Source: Vulcanimicrobiota bacterium
GTDB taxonomy: Bacteria; Vulcanimicrobiota; Vulcanimicrobiia; Eremiobacterales; Eremiobacteraceae
Direction of reading: 5' to 3'
NCBI GenBank assembly: GCA_963805945.1
Contig: CAWDVP010000006.1
Span: forward strand, 416,001-480,000
Length of the DNA: 64,000 nucleotides
Shown here in pieces: positions 38,322-49,141 of this stretch; the first letter of the stretch is position 1; every line of letters starts with the position of its first letter. The notes below the pieces were generated by a model. It saw only the letters and a program-made list of their open reading frames with translations, was not told the DNA's origin and made no database searches. The translations under genes were made by a program, and so were the position numbers.

Positions 38322-41027
38322 ATGAAGGACGGACCCTTGAAGCGCCTCACTCAACTCGTGACCATCGTCTCGATCGCCATCCTCGCCGCCGCTTTCCCGC
38401 CTTCGCGCGGCTGCGCCGATGCGGCACCCGGCGGCGACGCAACGGTCACTCGCGCGACCCTGCCGAACGGCCTGCGCGTCGTCATCGTGCGCAACTCGCT
38501 TGCGCCGGTCGTCAACGTGCAGGTCGTCTATCTCGCCGGCGCGGATGAGACCCCGCCGGGCTTTCCGGGCATGGCGCACGCGCAGGAGCACATGGCGTTC
38601 GCGCGCGGCATGACCGGGCTCACCGCGAACCAGCTGGCCGACATCGGCACCCTTATGGGCTCGTACGACAATGCGCAGACCGAGCAGACGCTCACGCGCT
38701 ACTTCTATGTCGTGCCGACCGAGGATCTCGGTTACGCGCTCAAGGTCTTCTCGATACAGATGCGCGGCGTGCTGGACGCCAACGACGAATGGGCGCAGGA
38801 ACGAGGCGCGATCGAGCAAGAGGTCGCCGCCGATCTTTCCAATCCGTTCTATCGTTTCTTCGCCGCCGCCCAGAACGATCTCTACGCAGGCACGCCGTAT
38901 GCGCACGACGCGCTCGGCACGCGTCCGTCCTTCGACAAGACGACCGGCGCGATGCTCAAGCAGTTCTACGACGCGTGGTACCACCCGAACAACGCGATCC
39001 TCTTCATCGTCGGCGATGTCGATCCGCAGCCGACGCTTGATTCGGTGAAGCAGCTCTTCGGCGCGATTCCGAGCCACGCGCTGCCGGCGCGGCCCGCGGT
39101 CCATCTGCAGCCGCTCAAGGCCAAGACGCTTACGCTGGACGGCGACCAGGGATTCGCCGTCGCGTTCGTCGGCTATCGTCTGCCGGGCATCAATGATAAG
39201 GATTTCGCCGCATCGCAGATCCTCGGCGATGTCCTTGCGAGCCAGCGCGGCGATCTCTATGCGCTCGGGCCGCAAGGCAAGGCCTTGCAGGCCGGCTACT
39301 TCCCGGTCACGTCGCTGCCCAAGGCGAGCACGGGCATCGTCTATGCCGCGCTGCCTCCAGGAGCGGACACCAAGGGCATGGCCGACACGCTCAAGAGCGT
39401 CATCGCCGACTATCAGAAGAACGGCGTACCAACCGACCTCGTCGCGGCGGCGCAGCGTCGCGTCGTCGCACAAGCGCAGTTCCGCCGAAATTCCATCAGC
39501 GGTCTCGCCGAGGCCTGGGTCAATGCGATCGCCATCGAAGGGCATGACTCGCCTGATGACAGCGTCGCAGCGCTCCAGCGGGTGACGGTCGACGACGTGA
39601 ACCGCGTGCTGCGGCGCTATTTCGTCAACGCGACCGCGCTCGTCGGCATCGTCAACCCGAAACCGGCCGGCAAGCCCGTCGCGTCGAAAGGTTTCGGCGG
39701 GGAGGAGTCGTTCGCACCGAAGGATGCCAAGGAGACGACGCTGCCCGACTGGGCGAAGGGCCTCGTGGCATCGATTGCAGTGCCGAAGTCGACCACCAAT
39801 CCGACGTCGTTCACACTGCCAAACGGCCTGCACATCATCGTGCAGCCCGAGCGCATCAGCCCCACCGTCACGGTCATCGGCCAGGTGAAGAACAACTCCG
39901 ATCTCCAGACCGCGCCGGGCAAAGACGGCGTCGATCAAGTGCTGGGCGGGCTGTTCACATACGGCACGACGACGCTCGACCGGCTGGCGTACCGCAAGGC
40001 TCTGGACGACATCGCCGCGCGAGCACAACCAGGTGCGAACTTCTCGCTCTCAGTGCTCTCGTCGGACTTCGATCGCGGCGTCCAGCTGCTCGCCGACGGC
40101 GTGCTCCACCCCGCGCTGCCCGCGCCGGCTTTTGCGATCGTGCAGAAACAGACCGCGGGCGCTCTCGCGGGGCAGTTGGAGAGCCCGGATTATCTCGCCG
40201 TGATCGCGCTCGTCAAAGCGCTCTACCCACCGACCGATCCTCAACAACGCTGGCCTTCGGTCGCCAGCGTGAACGCGCTGACGCTTGACGACGCGAAGGC
40301 GTACTACACGACGGTGTTCCGGCCCGACGTCACGACGATCGTCGTCATCGGCGACGTGACGCCCGACGGCGCGAAAGCGACGATCGAGCGTTGGTTCGGC
40401 ACATGGACGGCCAGCGGTCCGGCGCCGCAGACCGAATATCCGCCGGCGCCGAACAACGGGCCGTCCGCTGCAAGCGTGCCAGCGACCGGGGTAGTGCAAG
40501 ATTCGGTGACGCTGCAAGAGACCATCGGTTTGCTGCGATCAGATCCGGACTACTACGCGATGAACGTCGCCAGCTCGATCCTAGGCGGCGGGTTCTACGC
40601 CTCGCGGTTGTCGATCGATCTGCGTCAAAAAGCAGGCTTGGTCTATTCCGTCGGCTCCGAAGCAGATATCGGCAAGACCCGCAGTTCGTTCGCGATCTAC
40701 TACGGCTGCGATCCGCCGAAGGTCTCGCAGGCGCGCGCGCTCATCGAGCGCGACCTGCGCGACATGCAGACCGCGGTGCCCACGGCCAACGAGCTGCAGC
40801 GCTCGAAGGTCCAACTGCTCGCGGATATCCCGCTAAGCGAGCAGAGCGAGAACAGCATCGCGGGTGGCCTGCTGGAGCGAGCCCTGCTCGGCTTGCCGCT
40901 CGATGAGCCCCAGATCGCCGGCAACCACTACGCCGCGATGACCGGCGAGCAGGTGCGCGATGTGATGGCGAAGTGGGTCCGGGTGCCGGACTTCGTGCAA
41001 ATCGTGACCGGACCGCCGCCCCAATAG
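38322..41027 (+). CDS. M16 family zinc peptidase (pitrilysin-like), secreted
   Basis: Signal peptide; TLPNGL twice; HAQEH (HxxEH); WYHPNNA; start may be TTG 38337. Confidence 0.88.
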   Translation: MKDGPLKRLTQLVTIVSIAILAAAFPPSRGCADAAPGGDATVTRATLPNGLRVVIVRNSLAPVVNVQVVYLAGADETPPGFPGMAHAQEHMAFARGMTGLTANQLADIGTLMGSYDNAQTEQTLTRYFYVVPTEDLGYALKVFSIQMRGVLDANDEWAQERGAIEQEVAADLSNPFYRFFAAAQNDLYAGTPYAHDALGTRPSFDKTTGAMLKQFYDAWYHPNNAILFIVGDVDPQPTLDSVKQLFGAIPSHALPARPAVHLQPLKAKTLTLDGDQGFAVAFVGYRLPGINDKDFAASQILGDVLASQRGDLYALGPQGKALQAGYFPVTSLPKASTGIVYAALPPGADTKGMADTLKSVIADYQKNGVPTDLVAAAQRRVVAQAQFRRNSISGLAEAWVNAIAIEGHDSPDDSVAALQRVTVDDVNRVLRRYFVNATALVGIVNPKPAGKPVASKGFGGEESFAPKDAKETTLPDWAKGLVASIAVPKSTTNPTSFTLPNGLHIIVQPERISPTVTVIGQVKNNSDLQTAPGKDGVDQVLGGLFTYGTTTLDRLAYRKALDDIAARAQPGANFSLSVLSSDFDRGVQLLADGVLHPALPAPAFAIVQKQTAGALAGQLESPDYLAVIALVKALYPPTDPQQRWPSVASVNALTLDDAKAYYTTVFRPDVTTIVVIGDVTPDGAKATIERWFGTWTASGPAPQTEYPPAPNNGPSAASVPATGVVQDSVTLQETIGLLRSDPDYYAMNVASSILGGGFYASRLSIDLRQKAGLVYSVGSEADIGKTRSSFAIYYGCDPPKVSQARALIERDLRDMQTAVPTANELQRSKVQLLADIPLSEQSENSIAGGLLERALLGLPLDEPQIAGNHYAAMTGEQVRDVMAKWVRVPDFVQIVTGPPPQ

Positions 41028-41041
41028 CCCTGCGCCACATA

Positions 41042-41068
41042 TGTAGGGGCCGATCTTTAGATCGGCCC
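41042..41068 (+). repeat. REP-like palindrome
   Basis: TGTAG-GGGCCGATC-TTTA-GATCGGCCC; identical to 50710-50736 on the minus strand. Confidence 0.82.
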
Positions 41069-41173
41069 TCAATGAAACAAAGCGCCCTCGTGTGGCGTAG
41101 TACGTCTTTAGAACCCCGGCCCAACGCAGGGCCGACCTTGCAGACGATCACGGCGAAGGATCAGCAGGCGGGC

Positions 41174-43396
41174 ATGTCTTTGCGTTCGGCGCTCGTCGCA
41201 GCCTCGTTCCTCATCGCCGTGACGGCTGCGACTGTGGGTACCGGCCTGGCGTCGGTGGACCGCACCGACACCCTGCACGCGATCCGCGCCCCGCACCCGA
41301 TGCCGCTCGACGCCACGCTCGCCGATCCTGCATGGCAGGCCGGCACGGTCGCGAGCGGCTTCGTCAATTTCACCTCGCGGACCGCGCCCAAAGTCCAGAC
41401 TACCGTCTATCTCCTCTACGACGACACGAATCTGTACGTAGGCTTCCATTGCGAGCAGGCCGGATACGCGATCGTCGCCAGCCAGACGACCAACAACATC
41501 GGCCAAGGCGTCGACGACTACGGCCTCATCGGCATCGACCCCAGCGGCAATGGTTCGCGGCTGTATCAGTTCAGCACGACGCCCAGGGGCGTCCAATACC
41601 AGACCTCGAGCGAGTCGACGCGCTACAATCCGGCCTGGCAGACCGCGGCGAAGATCAGCGGCACGTCCTGGAACGCGGTCATGATCATCCCGCTCAAGGA
41701 TTTGCGGGCCTCGCCGGGCTCGTGGCGCATCAACCTCGTGCGACACGTGTCAGCCGCCAACGAAGATCTCACGTGGGCGTACGACCCGCAGATGCTCGCC
41801 TGGAACGATTCGACGTATTGGCCGCGCTGGAGCGGTCTGGTCTTCAAGTCGCTCGCCGCGCGGCCGTCTCCGTACGCCAATATCTTCGGCTTGGCGAGCA
41901 TGGGCGCCGATCGCAATTCCTTTCCGCAGCTCAACGGCACCGCAGGACCGTCGCACGCGCCGCACCTCGGCGTCGACGGTTCGATACCGTTCACCGACAC
42001 GCTCGCGCTCGTCGGCACGCTAAACCCCGACTATTCGAACGTCGAGGCCGACCAGCAGACGATCACGCCGCAGCAATTCCAGCGCGCGCTCAACGAGTAC
42101 CGGCCGTTCTTCGCGCAGGGCGCGCTCTATCTGACCCCCAGCGCGCAATTCAGCATCAACGGACCCTCCAACGAGCCCTTCTACACGCCCGCCATCGGCC
42201 AGTTCAACGGCGGCCTGAAGGTCGAAGGCACAGCCGGGCTCAACGCGATCGGCGCGCTGGCCGCCGTCGGTCCGGGCTTCAACGACGAGGCGTTTGGATT
42301 CAATCACCGGACCGCGGACCAGGCATCACGCTATTGGTTCAACGGCGTCGAGGCGCATCACACCGACGACGGATCGAGCGTGACGCCGTGCCCATTCGTC
42401 GGCGCGGCCGAGCTGACGTCGTGCACCGACTCACTGTTCGAGTTCGGTTCCCGAGTTTCGAGCCTGAAGACCGGCGTGGAGGGTGCATTCGACTACGCCA
42501 CCGAGACGGGCGAATACGTCCCCGACGCCGCGAAAGGCCACAGCTTCATCGGTTTCGGAGTGGTAAACCGCTCGCACTACAGCGTGGGCGGCGCGTATCG
42601 CGACATCCAGCCCTACTACGCGCCGGTCGACGGCTTCACGCTCATCAACGATATCCGCGGGCTCGCGGGCTTCGGCAACGCGCAAGGCCAGAGCAAGCCT
42701 GGCGGGCCGTTCAAGAGCTACAGCGTCGGCTTCGGCGCGGAGCGCTATTTCGACGACTCGGGCGCGGTGAAGTACAGCGAGTACAGCTGGTTCCTGCAGG
42801 CCACGCTCAAGGATCTCCTGACGTTCAACACCGGCCCGCTCGACAGTCAGATCCGCCAATACGACGTCGGCTATCCGGTCTATTCGAACGGCAACACGTT
42901 CTCATCGCATACGAACTTCTTCGGACTCAACTATCGCGACGGCACGCCGACGTCGATAGACGGCGCCTGGACCTACGGCCCGAACGCCGGTTTCCTAGCG
43001 CCGGGCGGCGTGCAAGAGCCCTTCTACTCCTCGTTCTACTTCAACGAGTTCGGCCTCAACGGCTCGGCCCAGCTGACTCCGCGCTTCAACGTCACCGCCG
43101 GGTACACGGGGGATTCCGAGCGCTGCTTCTTCACCGGCTGCGTGGTGCAGCAATCGCTGCGTCGTGTCAACCTGGGCTACAGCGTCGGTCCCGACGCCAA
43201 CGTCTCGCTCGCGTATCGCACGATCTCTGGCACGGGCTACGCCCCGACCGCGGTCAACTTCGCGGCGGCGTTCCATCGCAGGTTCCGCGGCGGCAACGAG
43301 CTGTATCTCGAGTGGGGCACGCCGCAGACGACCGCACAGCTCGATCGCTTCGTGGTGAAGTACGTGCTGCATCTGGGCGGCGGCACCGGGACCTAG
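41174..43396 (+). CDS. Secreted/outer-membrane protein with CBM9-like N-terminus and DUF5916-like region
   Basis: Signal peptide; YDDTNLYVGF, W.A.M.IP, TLNPDYSNVEAD, EYRPFF; alternating beta-strand-like C-terminus. Confidence 0.7.
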   Translation: MSLRSALVAASFLIAVTAATVGTGLASVDRTDTLHAIRAPHPMPLDATLADPAWQAGTVASGFVNFTSRTAPKVQTTVYLLYDDTNLYVGFHCEQAGYAIVASQTTNNIGQGVDDYGLIGIDPSGNGSRLYQFSTTPRGVQYQTSSESTRYNPAWQTAAKISGTSWNAVMIIPLKDLRASPGSWRINLVRHVSAANEDLTWAYDPQMLAWNDSTYWPRWSGLVFKSLAARPSPYANIFGLASMGADRNSFPQLNGTAGPSHAPHLGVDGSIPFTDTLALVGTLNPDYSNVEADQQTITPQQFQRALNEYRPFFAQGALYLTPSAQFSINGPSNEPFYTPAIGQFNGGLKVEGTAGLNAIGALAAVGPGFNDEAFGFNHRTADQASRYWFNGVEAHHTDDGSSVTPCPFVGAAELTSCTDSLFEFGSRVSSLKTGVEGAFDYATETGEYVPDAAKGHSFIGFGVVNRSHYSVGGAYRDIQPYYAPVDGFTLINDIRGLAGFGNAQGQSKPGGPFKSYSVGFGAERYFDDSGAVKYSEYSWFLQATLKDLLTFNTGPLDSQIRQYDVGYPVYSNGNTFSSHTNFFGLNYRDGTPTSIDGAWTYGPNAGFLAPGGVQEPFYSSFYFNEFGLNGSAQLTPRFNVTAGYTGDSERCFFTGCVVQQSLRRVNLGYSVGPDANVSLAYRTISGTGYAPTAVNFAAAFHRRFRGGNELYLEWGTPQTTAQLDRFVVKYVLHLGGGTGT

Positions 43397-43397
43397 G

Positions 43398-44408
43398 TCA
43401 CAGGTCTGCCCGCGTGCCGACGCCGCGCGCTTGTGCGCGCTCGTAGACCAGCGCCGCGCACGCGATATCTTCGATAGCGATGCCGAGCGACTCGAACAGC
43501 GTGATGTCGTCGTCCGATGTGCGGCCCGGCGCGCGGCCGGCGACGACGTCTGCCAGCAGCGTGAGCATCGGCGGCGCTTGCAGCACGCCGTCGGCCACCG
43601 CCAAGACGATGTCACCGGCTTCGTGCAGCGCGCCGTCGAGCGAATCGACGAAGAGCGCGGCGCGGGCCATCAGTTCGGCCGGTATTTCGCGCGCGCGCGG
43701 CGTGCACGCGCCCACCGCGTTGAGGTGCGCGCCGCGCTTCACCACGCGGTCCGGCAGGACTGGTTCGCTCGAGGCGGTCACCGTGCAGATCACGTCTGCG
43801 TCTTCGCATGCCGCCTCGGCGCTTTCAGAGGCGCGCGCCGCGATGCCCGCCTCGCGCAGCTCGCGCACCAGTGCGTCGGCACGGCGGCGCTCCCGCCCCC
43901 AGACCCGCAGATCATCCATGCGCATCACGAGACGTAGCGCGTGCGCGTGCGCGCGAGCCTGGACGCCGGTGCCGAGGACGGCGGCTATGGACGCATCCGG
44001 TCGCGCGAGCGCCTTCGTCGCCACCGCCGAAACGGCCGCCGTCCGGATCTCGGTGATATAGCGGCCGTCCATCAGCGCGCGCGGCTCGCCGTTGTGCGCG
44101 TCGAACAGCGCGATGAGCGCGTGGTGCGTATGCAGATCGCGTTCTGCGTTCCCGGGGAAGACGCTCACCAGCTTTGCGCCGAGAACGGAGCTCGTAGAGG
44201 TAGCCGAGGACGGTCGGGCAAGCTCGACCGCCCCAGAGCTTATGTGGCCTGGCATCGCGCCGAGCAGGCCGTCTTTGGCGAACACGATGTTGCGCAGGGG
44301 GAACCGCGCCGCATCGGAGGCTTGCGCGCGCAATGCGCCGTCGACGGCGTCGATCGCGTCGTTGATGGTCAGCAGAGACGCGATGTCGGCCTCGTTAAGG
44401 ATCAGCAA
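43398..44408 (-). CDS. Ornithine cyclodeaminase/mu-crystallin family protein
   Basis: GAKLVSVFPGN, ITEIRTAAVSA, GTGVQA, AVGA, FESLGIAIED. Confidence 0.88.
   Translation of the reverse strand: MLILNEADIASLLTINDAIDAVDGALRAQASDAARFPLRNIVFAKDGLLGAMPGHISSGAVELARPSSATSTSSVLGAKLVSVFPGNAERDLHTHHALIALFDAHNGEPRALMDGRYITEIRTAAVSAVATKALARPDASIAAVLGTGVQARAHAHALRLVMRMDDLRVWGRERRRADALVRELREAGIAARASESAEAACEDADVICTVTASSEPVLPDRVVKRGAHLNAVGACTPRAREIPAELMARAALFVDSLDGALHEAGDIVLAVADGVLQAPPMLTLLADVVAGRAPGRTSDDDITLFESLGIAIEDIACAALVYERAQARGVGTRADL
44211..44235 (-). repeat. Degenerate REP-like palindrome in frame in the OCD-family gene
   Basis: TGGGG-CGGTCGAGC-TT-GCCCGACCG within an atypical Ser-rich segment. Confidence 0.55.
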
Positions 44409-44809
44409 GCGTATCGAGCAAGATGAGCGCTTCGCCGTCGAGCACGACCTCTGCGCTCTGGTTCGCGCAGTGCGTCCGCAGCGTGACGAGCGCCTTCTCC
44501 GGATTGACGGCGAGCACCGTAGCCGTCGCGGTGATGGTGTCTCCCGGGAATACCGGCTTCAGGAATTCCAGCGATTGCGACACCCAGACCGATCCGGGGC
44601 CTGGGCAGCTTCGTGCCGATGACCGCCGAGATGAGGCTGGCCGTCAGCATGCCGTGCGCTATCTGCGTGCCGTAGCGCGTGCGCCGCGCGAACGCCGCCG
44701 AGAGATGCATCGGGTTGGTGTCGAGCGAGAGCGCGGCGAACGCCTCGATGTCCGCCATCTCGATCGTCCTCACGACGTGCGCGCTTGCGCCGATCGCAGG
44801 AGGTTCCAC
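44395..44809 (-). pseudogene. MaoC/PhaJ-type (R)-enoyl-CoA hydratase with one extra C near 44604 (possibly a sequencing error)
   Basis: DTNPMH, IAHGML..LISA in one frame; removing one C from CTGCCCAGG restores LPGPGSVWVSQSLEFLKPVFPGD. Confidence 0.85.
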
Positions 44810-46006
<1,197 letters not shown>

Positions 46007-46024
46007 CCCTCCCGGCTTTTGAGA

Positions 46025-46405
46025 CTACTTGATCTGGATCGTCACGGCGACGTGCTGGCCGTCGCGGATCACACCCGATATGTCCACGTGGACACCGACG
46101 CGCAGGTCGGCGATGCTGCCGGTCTCGCCATGCTTGTCGATGGACGTGGTAGGCGTGACATGGATGGACTGCTTCACCCCGGCGGCGGTGACTTCGACGA
46201 CGTTTTGGGCATACGCGACGCCCGAGACGACGCCGGTGATCTGGAAGTTGCCTTCGTTGACCGCCAGCCCGCTATAGATGCTCTCGTCCGCCCGCACGCC
46301 TGCCGGGCAAGCGGCGCAGGCTGCGGCGGGCTGCGACGGCGCGCACAGCCAGGCTGCGGCGACGATCGCGGCCATCGCCAAGAGCTTCGGGTTCTTCAGA
46401 CTCAT
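46025..46405 (-). CDS. Small secreted protein, DUF5666/OB-fold-like
   Basis: Signal peptide; GSIADLRVGVHVDISG pattern. Confidence 0.6.
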   Translation of the reverse strand: MSLKNPKLLAMAAIVAAAWLCAPSQPAAACAACPAGVRADESIYSGLAVNEGNFQITGVVSGVAYAQNVVEVTAAGVKQSIHVTPTTSIDKHGETGSIADLRVGVHVDISGVIRDGQHVAVTIQIK

Positions 46406-46527
46406 CTTCCGTATCATACGCCTGTGTAACGCATCCCGCAATGCGAGCGTTGCGCGAAACGTCGTCCGGACGCCGGTCACCCCCGTGTGGTCGAGGCCGC
46501 CGGGGAAGCAGGCACGAACTCGCAGGC

Positions 46528-47385
46528 ATGGACACTACGCGCTTGCCCTCGCGACTCCTTGGCTCGACCGGCGTGCGCGTCTCCGCCCTCGGTCTGGGAG
46601 GCGAGGGCGTGTTGCGGACCTTCGGCCGCGACGCGCAGGCGCGCGCGGTGATCGATGCGGCGATCGAGGAAGGCGTGACCTACTTCGATTGCGCGAGCGC
46701 CTATGCGGGCAGCGAGCAATACTACGGCGCGTCGCTCGGCTCCCGGCGCGACTCCATCTTCCTGTGTTCGAAGGCGCATGACCGGTCGTATGCCGGGGCG
46801 CTGGACATGCTCGATCGAACGCTCGCGAACATGCGCACCGACCATCTGGATCTGTGGCAGTTCCACGACGTGCGCACCATCGAAGATCTCGATCTGCTCG
46901 ACGGCGAGCGCGGCACGTACGCCGCATTCGTGCGCGCCAAGGAACAGGGCAAGGCCCGCTTCATCGGGATCACCGGACATTACGATCCGCAGATCATGCT
47001 CGAGGCGATCCAACGCTTCACGTTCGATTGCGTGCTGCTGCCGGTCAACCCATGCGAGGCCGCAGTGGACTCCTTCGCCTCGACCGTTATCCCGGAGGCC
47101 GCCGCACGCGGCATGGGCGTCATCGCGATGAAGGTCCTCGGTCGCGGGCTGCTGTTGGGGATGAAGGAAGACCCGCCGCTGGAGGCGCTCGTCGATTACG
47201 CGCTCTCCGCACCGGTTTCCGTCGCGATCATCGGCTGCGACGACGTGGCGCAGGTGCAAGCCGCGGCGCGCGCCACGCGTACGTCAGCGCCGATGTCTGC
47301 GGAGCATCAGCGCGCGCTCGAGAAGCGCCTGGGTCCGGAAAGCAAACGCACGCTGTATTACAGGCGGCCCGCCGCACCCGCTTGA
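46528..47385 (+). CDS. Aldo/keto reductase
   Basis: LGSTG..VSALGLG, YFDCASAY, TDHLDLWQFH, GKARFIGITGH, AMK. Confidence 0.9.
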   Translation: MDTTRLPSRLLGSTGVRVSALGLGGEGVLRTFGRDAQARAVIDAAIEEGVTYFDCASAYAGSEQYYGASLGSRRDSIFLCSKAHDRSYAGALDMLDRTLANMRTDHLDLWQFHDVRTIEDLDLLDGERGTYAAFVRAKEQGKARFIGITGHYDPQIMLEAIQRFTFDCVLLPVNPCEAAVDSFASTVIPEAAARGMGVIAMKVLGRGLLLGMKEDPPLEALVDYALSAPVSVAIIGCDDVAQVQAAARATRTSAPMSAEHQRALEKRLGPESKRTLYYRRPAAPA

Positions 47386-47873
47386 GGATCGCGCGTCCCG
47401 CGCCTGCTCAGCGTGAACGCAAGCGCGATGACATAGGTCCAGCAGACCAATGCAAGTATCGCGGAAAGTAGCACTGTGCCGAGCGGCCGTGGACCGATGA
47501 ACGTGATCAGGCAGATCACGAACGTATAGAACACAAGAGCGTAGTAGACGCCTCTCGACCAGATCGGCGCGTCCTTCAAAGATGCGCTCGTTATCGCCCT
47601 CATCTTATCGAAAGCGGAGAGATCGACGCGACGAGCGAGTGCCGGACGGAGCGCTCGGACGTCCTCGTCACTGAACGCCTCCACCAGCAGCGGGAATGCT
47701 TGGAGAATCACTGCGAGCATCCCGATACAAAAGAAGAAACCTGTGATTGCGAAAAACTCAGGCGTCCCGAGTTGCAACCATGCTGCGATATTCAGCACGG
47801 CGCTGAGCGCGAAAAGCGCAAGTGAGGCGACATAGACGGTTCTCAACGCGACCATAACGCGTGTCTTCGCCAC
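47358..47873 (-). CDS. Hypothetical membrane protein (about 4 TM), lower GC
   Basis: Four hydrophobic stretches; RBS GGAGG after the mqnD stop. Confidence 0.65.
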   Translation of the reverse strand: MAKTRVMVALRTVYVASLALFALSAVLNIAAWLQLGTPEFFAITGFFFCIGMLAVILQAFPLLVEAFSDEDVRALRPALARRVDLSAFDKMRAITSASLKDAPIWSRGVYYALVFYTFVICLITFIGPRPLGTVLLSAILALVCWTYVIALAFTLSRRGTRDPQAGAAGRL

Positions 47874-47889
47874 GGCTCGAACCTGCCTC

Positions 47890-48729
47890 CTACGCCACGA
47901 AGTCGATGTCCGGGACGGTCGGGATAATGCCGGCCTGCGCGCCGCGCTCCAAGAACAACCGGATGCTTTTGCTGCCGTCGTCGCCGAGTTCGACGGTGCG
48001 CGCGTTGACGTACATGCCGACGAATGTGTCTGCGGTGCGCTTCTCCATGCCGCGCGCGAAGGTGAGCGCCCACTCGAGCGCCTCTTGCCGATGCGCGAGT
48101 CCGTATTCGATGCTCGCCTTGAGATCGCGCGACATCTGACGTTTCACATCCTCGGGCAGCGAACGCCTGATGGTGTTGACGCCAAGCGGCAGCGGGAGAC
48201 CTGTCTGCGCATGCCACCACGAGCCGAGGTTGACGATCGAATGCAAACCGCGCTCCGCGTGCGTCAGCTGCCCTTCGTGGATGAGCAAGCCATACTGTGC
48301 GCTGCCGTCTTCGACGGCCTCCATGATGCGGTCGAACGGCATGACCTGCGGCGTGAAATCGCCGACGCACAAACGCAGCGCCAAGTAGGCGCTCGTCATG
48401 AGGCCTGGCACCGCGATCGTCGCGCCGCGCAGGGATTCAACCAAGCCGGGCGCGCGCGCCACGACCATCGGACCGTACGACGCCTCGCCCATCGACGCGC
48501 CGTGATTCAAGATGGCGTACTTGTCTGCGACGTACGCGTACGCATGCACGGAGATCGCGGTCGTGTCGAGCCGGCCTTCGCGCGCCCATTCATTGAGCGT
48601 CTGGATATCTTTGAGGATATGCTCGTAGGACAGCGTGCCGTCGCCGACCTTGCCCTTGGCGAGCGCGTAGAACATGAACGCGTCATCGGAATCCGGCGAG
48701 TGGCCGAGCGTCAGCGTCTTGGTCATCAT
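47890..48729 (-). CDS. mqnD: 1,4-dihydroxy-6-naphthoate synthase (futalosine pathway)
   Basis: GHSPDSDDAFMF, DIQTLN, LLIHEG, LPLPLG, MYVN. Confidence 0.9.
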   Translation of the reverse strand: MMTKTLTLGHSPDSDDAFMFYALAKGKVGDGTLSYEHILKDIQTLNEWAREGRLDTTAISVHAYAYVADKYAILNHGASMGEASYGPMVVARAPGLVESLRGATIAVPGLMTSAYLALRLCVGDFTPQVMPFDRIMEAVEDGSAQYGLLIHEGQLTHAERGLHSIVNLGSWWHAQTGLPLPLGVNTIRRSLPEDVKRQMSRDLKASIEYGLAHRQEALEWALTFARGMEKRTADTFVGMYVNARTVELGDDGSKSIRLFLERGAQAGIIPTVPDIDFVA

Positions 48730-48784
48730 CGCGCGGCCGCTTCGCGAAGGACTCGGCCTTCCCCGCCCCTAAACAATCAAGGCC

Positions 48785-49141
48785 ATGAATGAGCAAGATA
48801 CTTCTGCCGCAGTGACCGCGCCCGCCGAAGAGCATGCCGTCACTGAGGAGCAGGTCCGCGAAGCCCTCAAGAGCGTCATCGATCCAGAGATCGGACTCGA
48901 CATGGTGAGCCTCGGCTTGCTCTATGGCGTCGCCGTGGAAGGCTCGAAGGTCAAAGTGACCATGACGCTCACCACGCCGGCCTGTCCGGTGGGACCCGCG
49001 TTCGTGAACGCGGTGCATCAAGCGGTGAAGGCGATGCCAGGCGTCAGCGATTGCGATGTCGATCTCGTGTTCTCGCCGCCGTGGGATCCGCGCACCATGG
49101 CAAGCGACGAGGTCAAACTGCAGATGGGGTTCTACTACTGA
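48785..49141 (+). CDS. Metal-sulfur cluster assembly factor (DUF59/SufT-like)
   Basis: VIDPEIG, MTLTTPACP, VFSPPW. Confidence 0.9.
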   Translation: MNEQDTSAAVTAPAEEHAVTEEQVREALKSVIDPEIGLDMVSLGLLYGVAVEGSKVKVTMTLTTPACPVGPAFVNAVHQAVKAMPGVSDCDVDLVFSPPWDPRTMASDEVKLQMGFYY

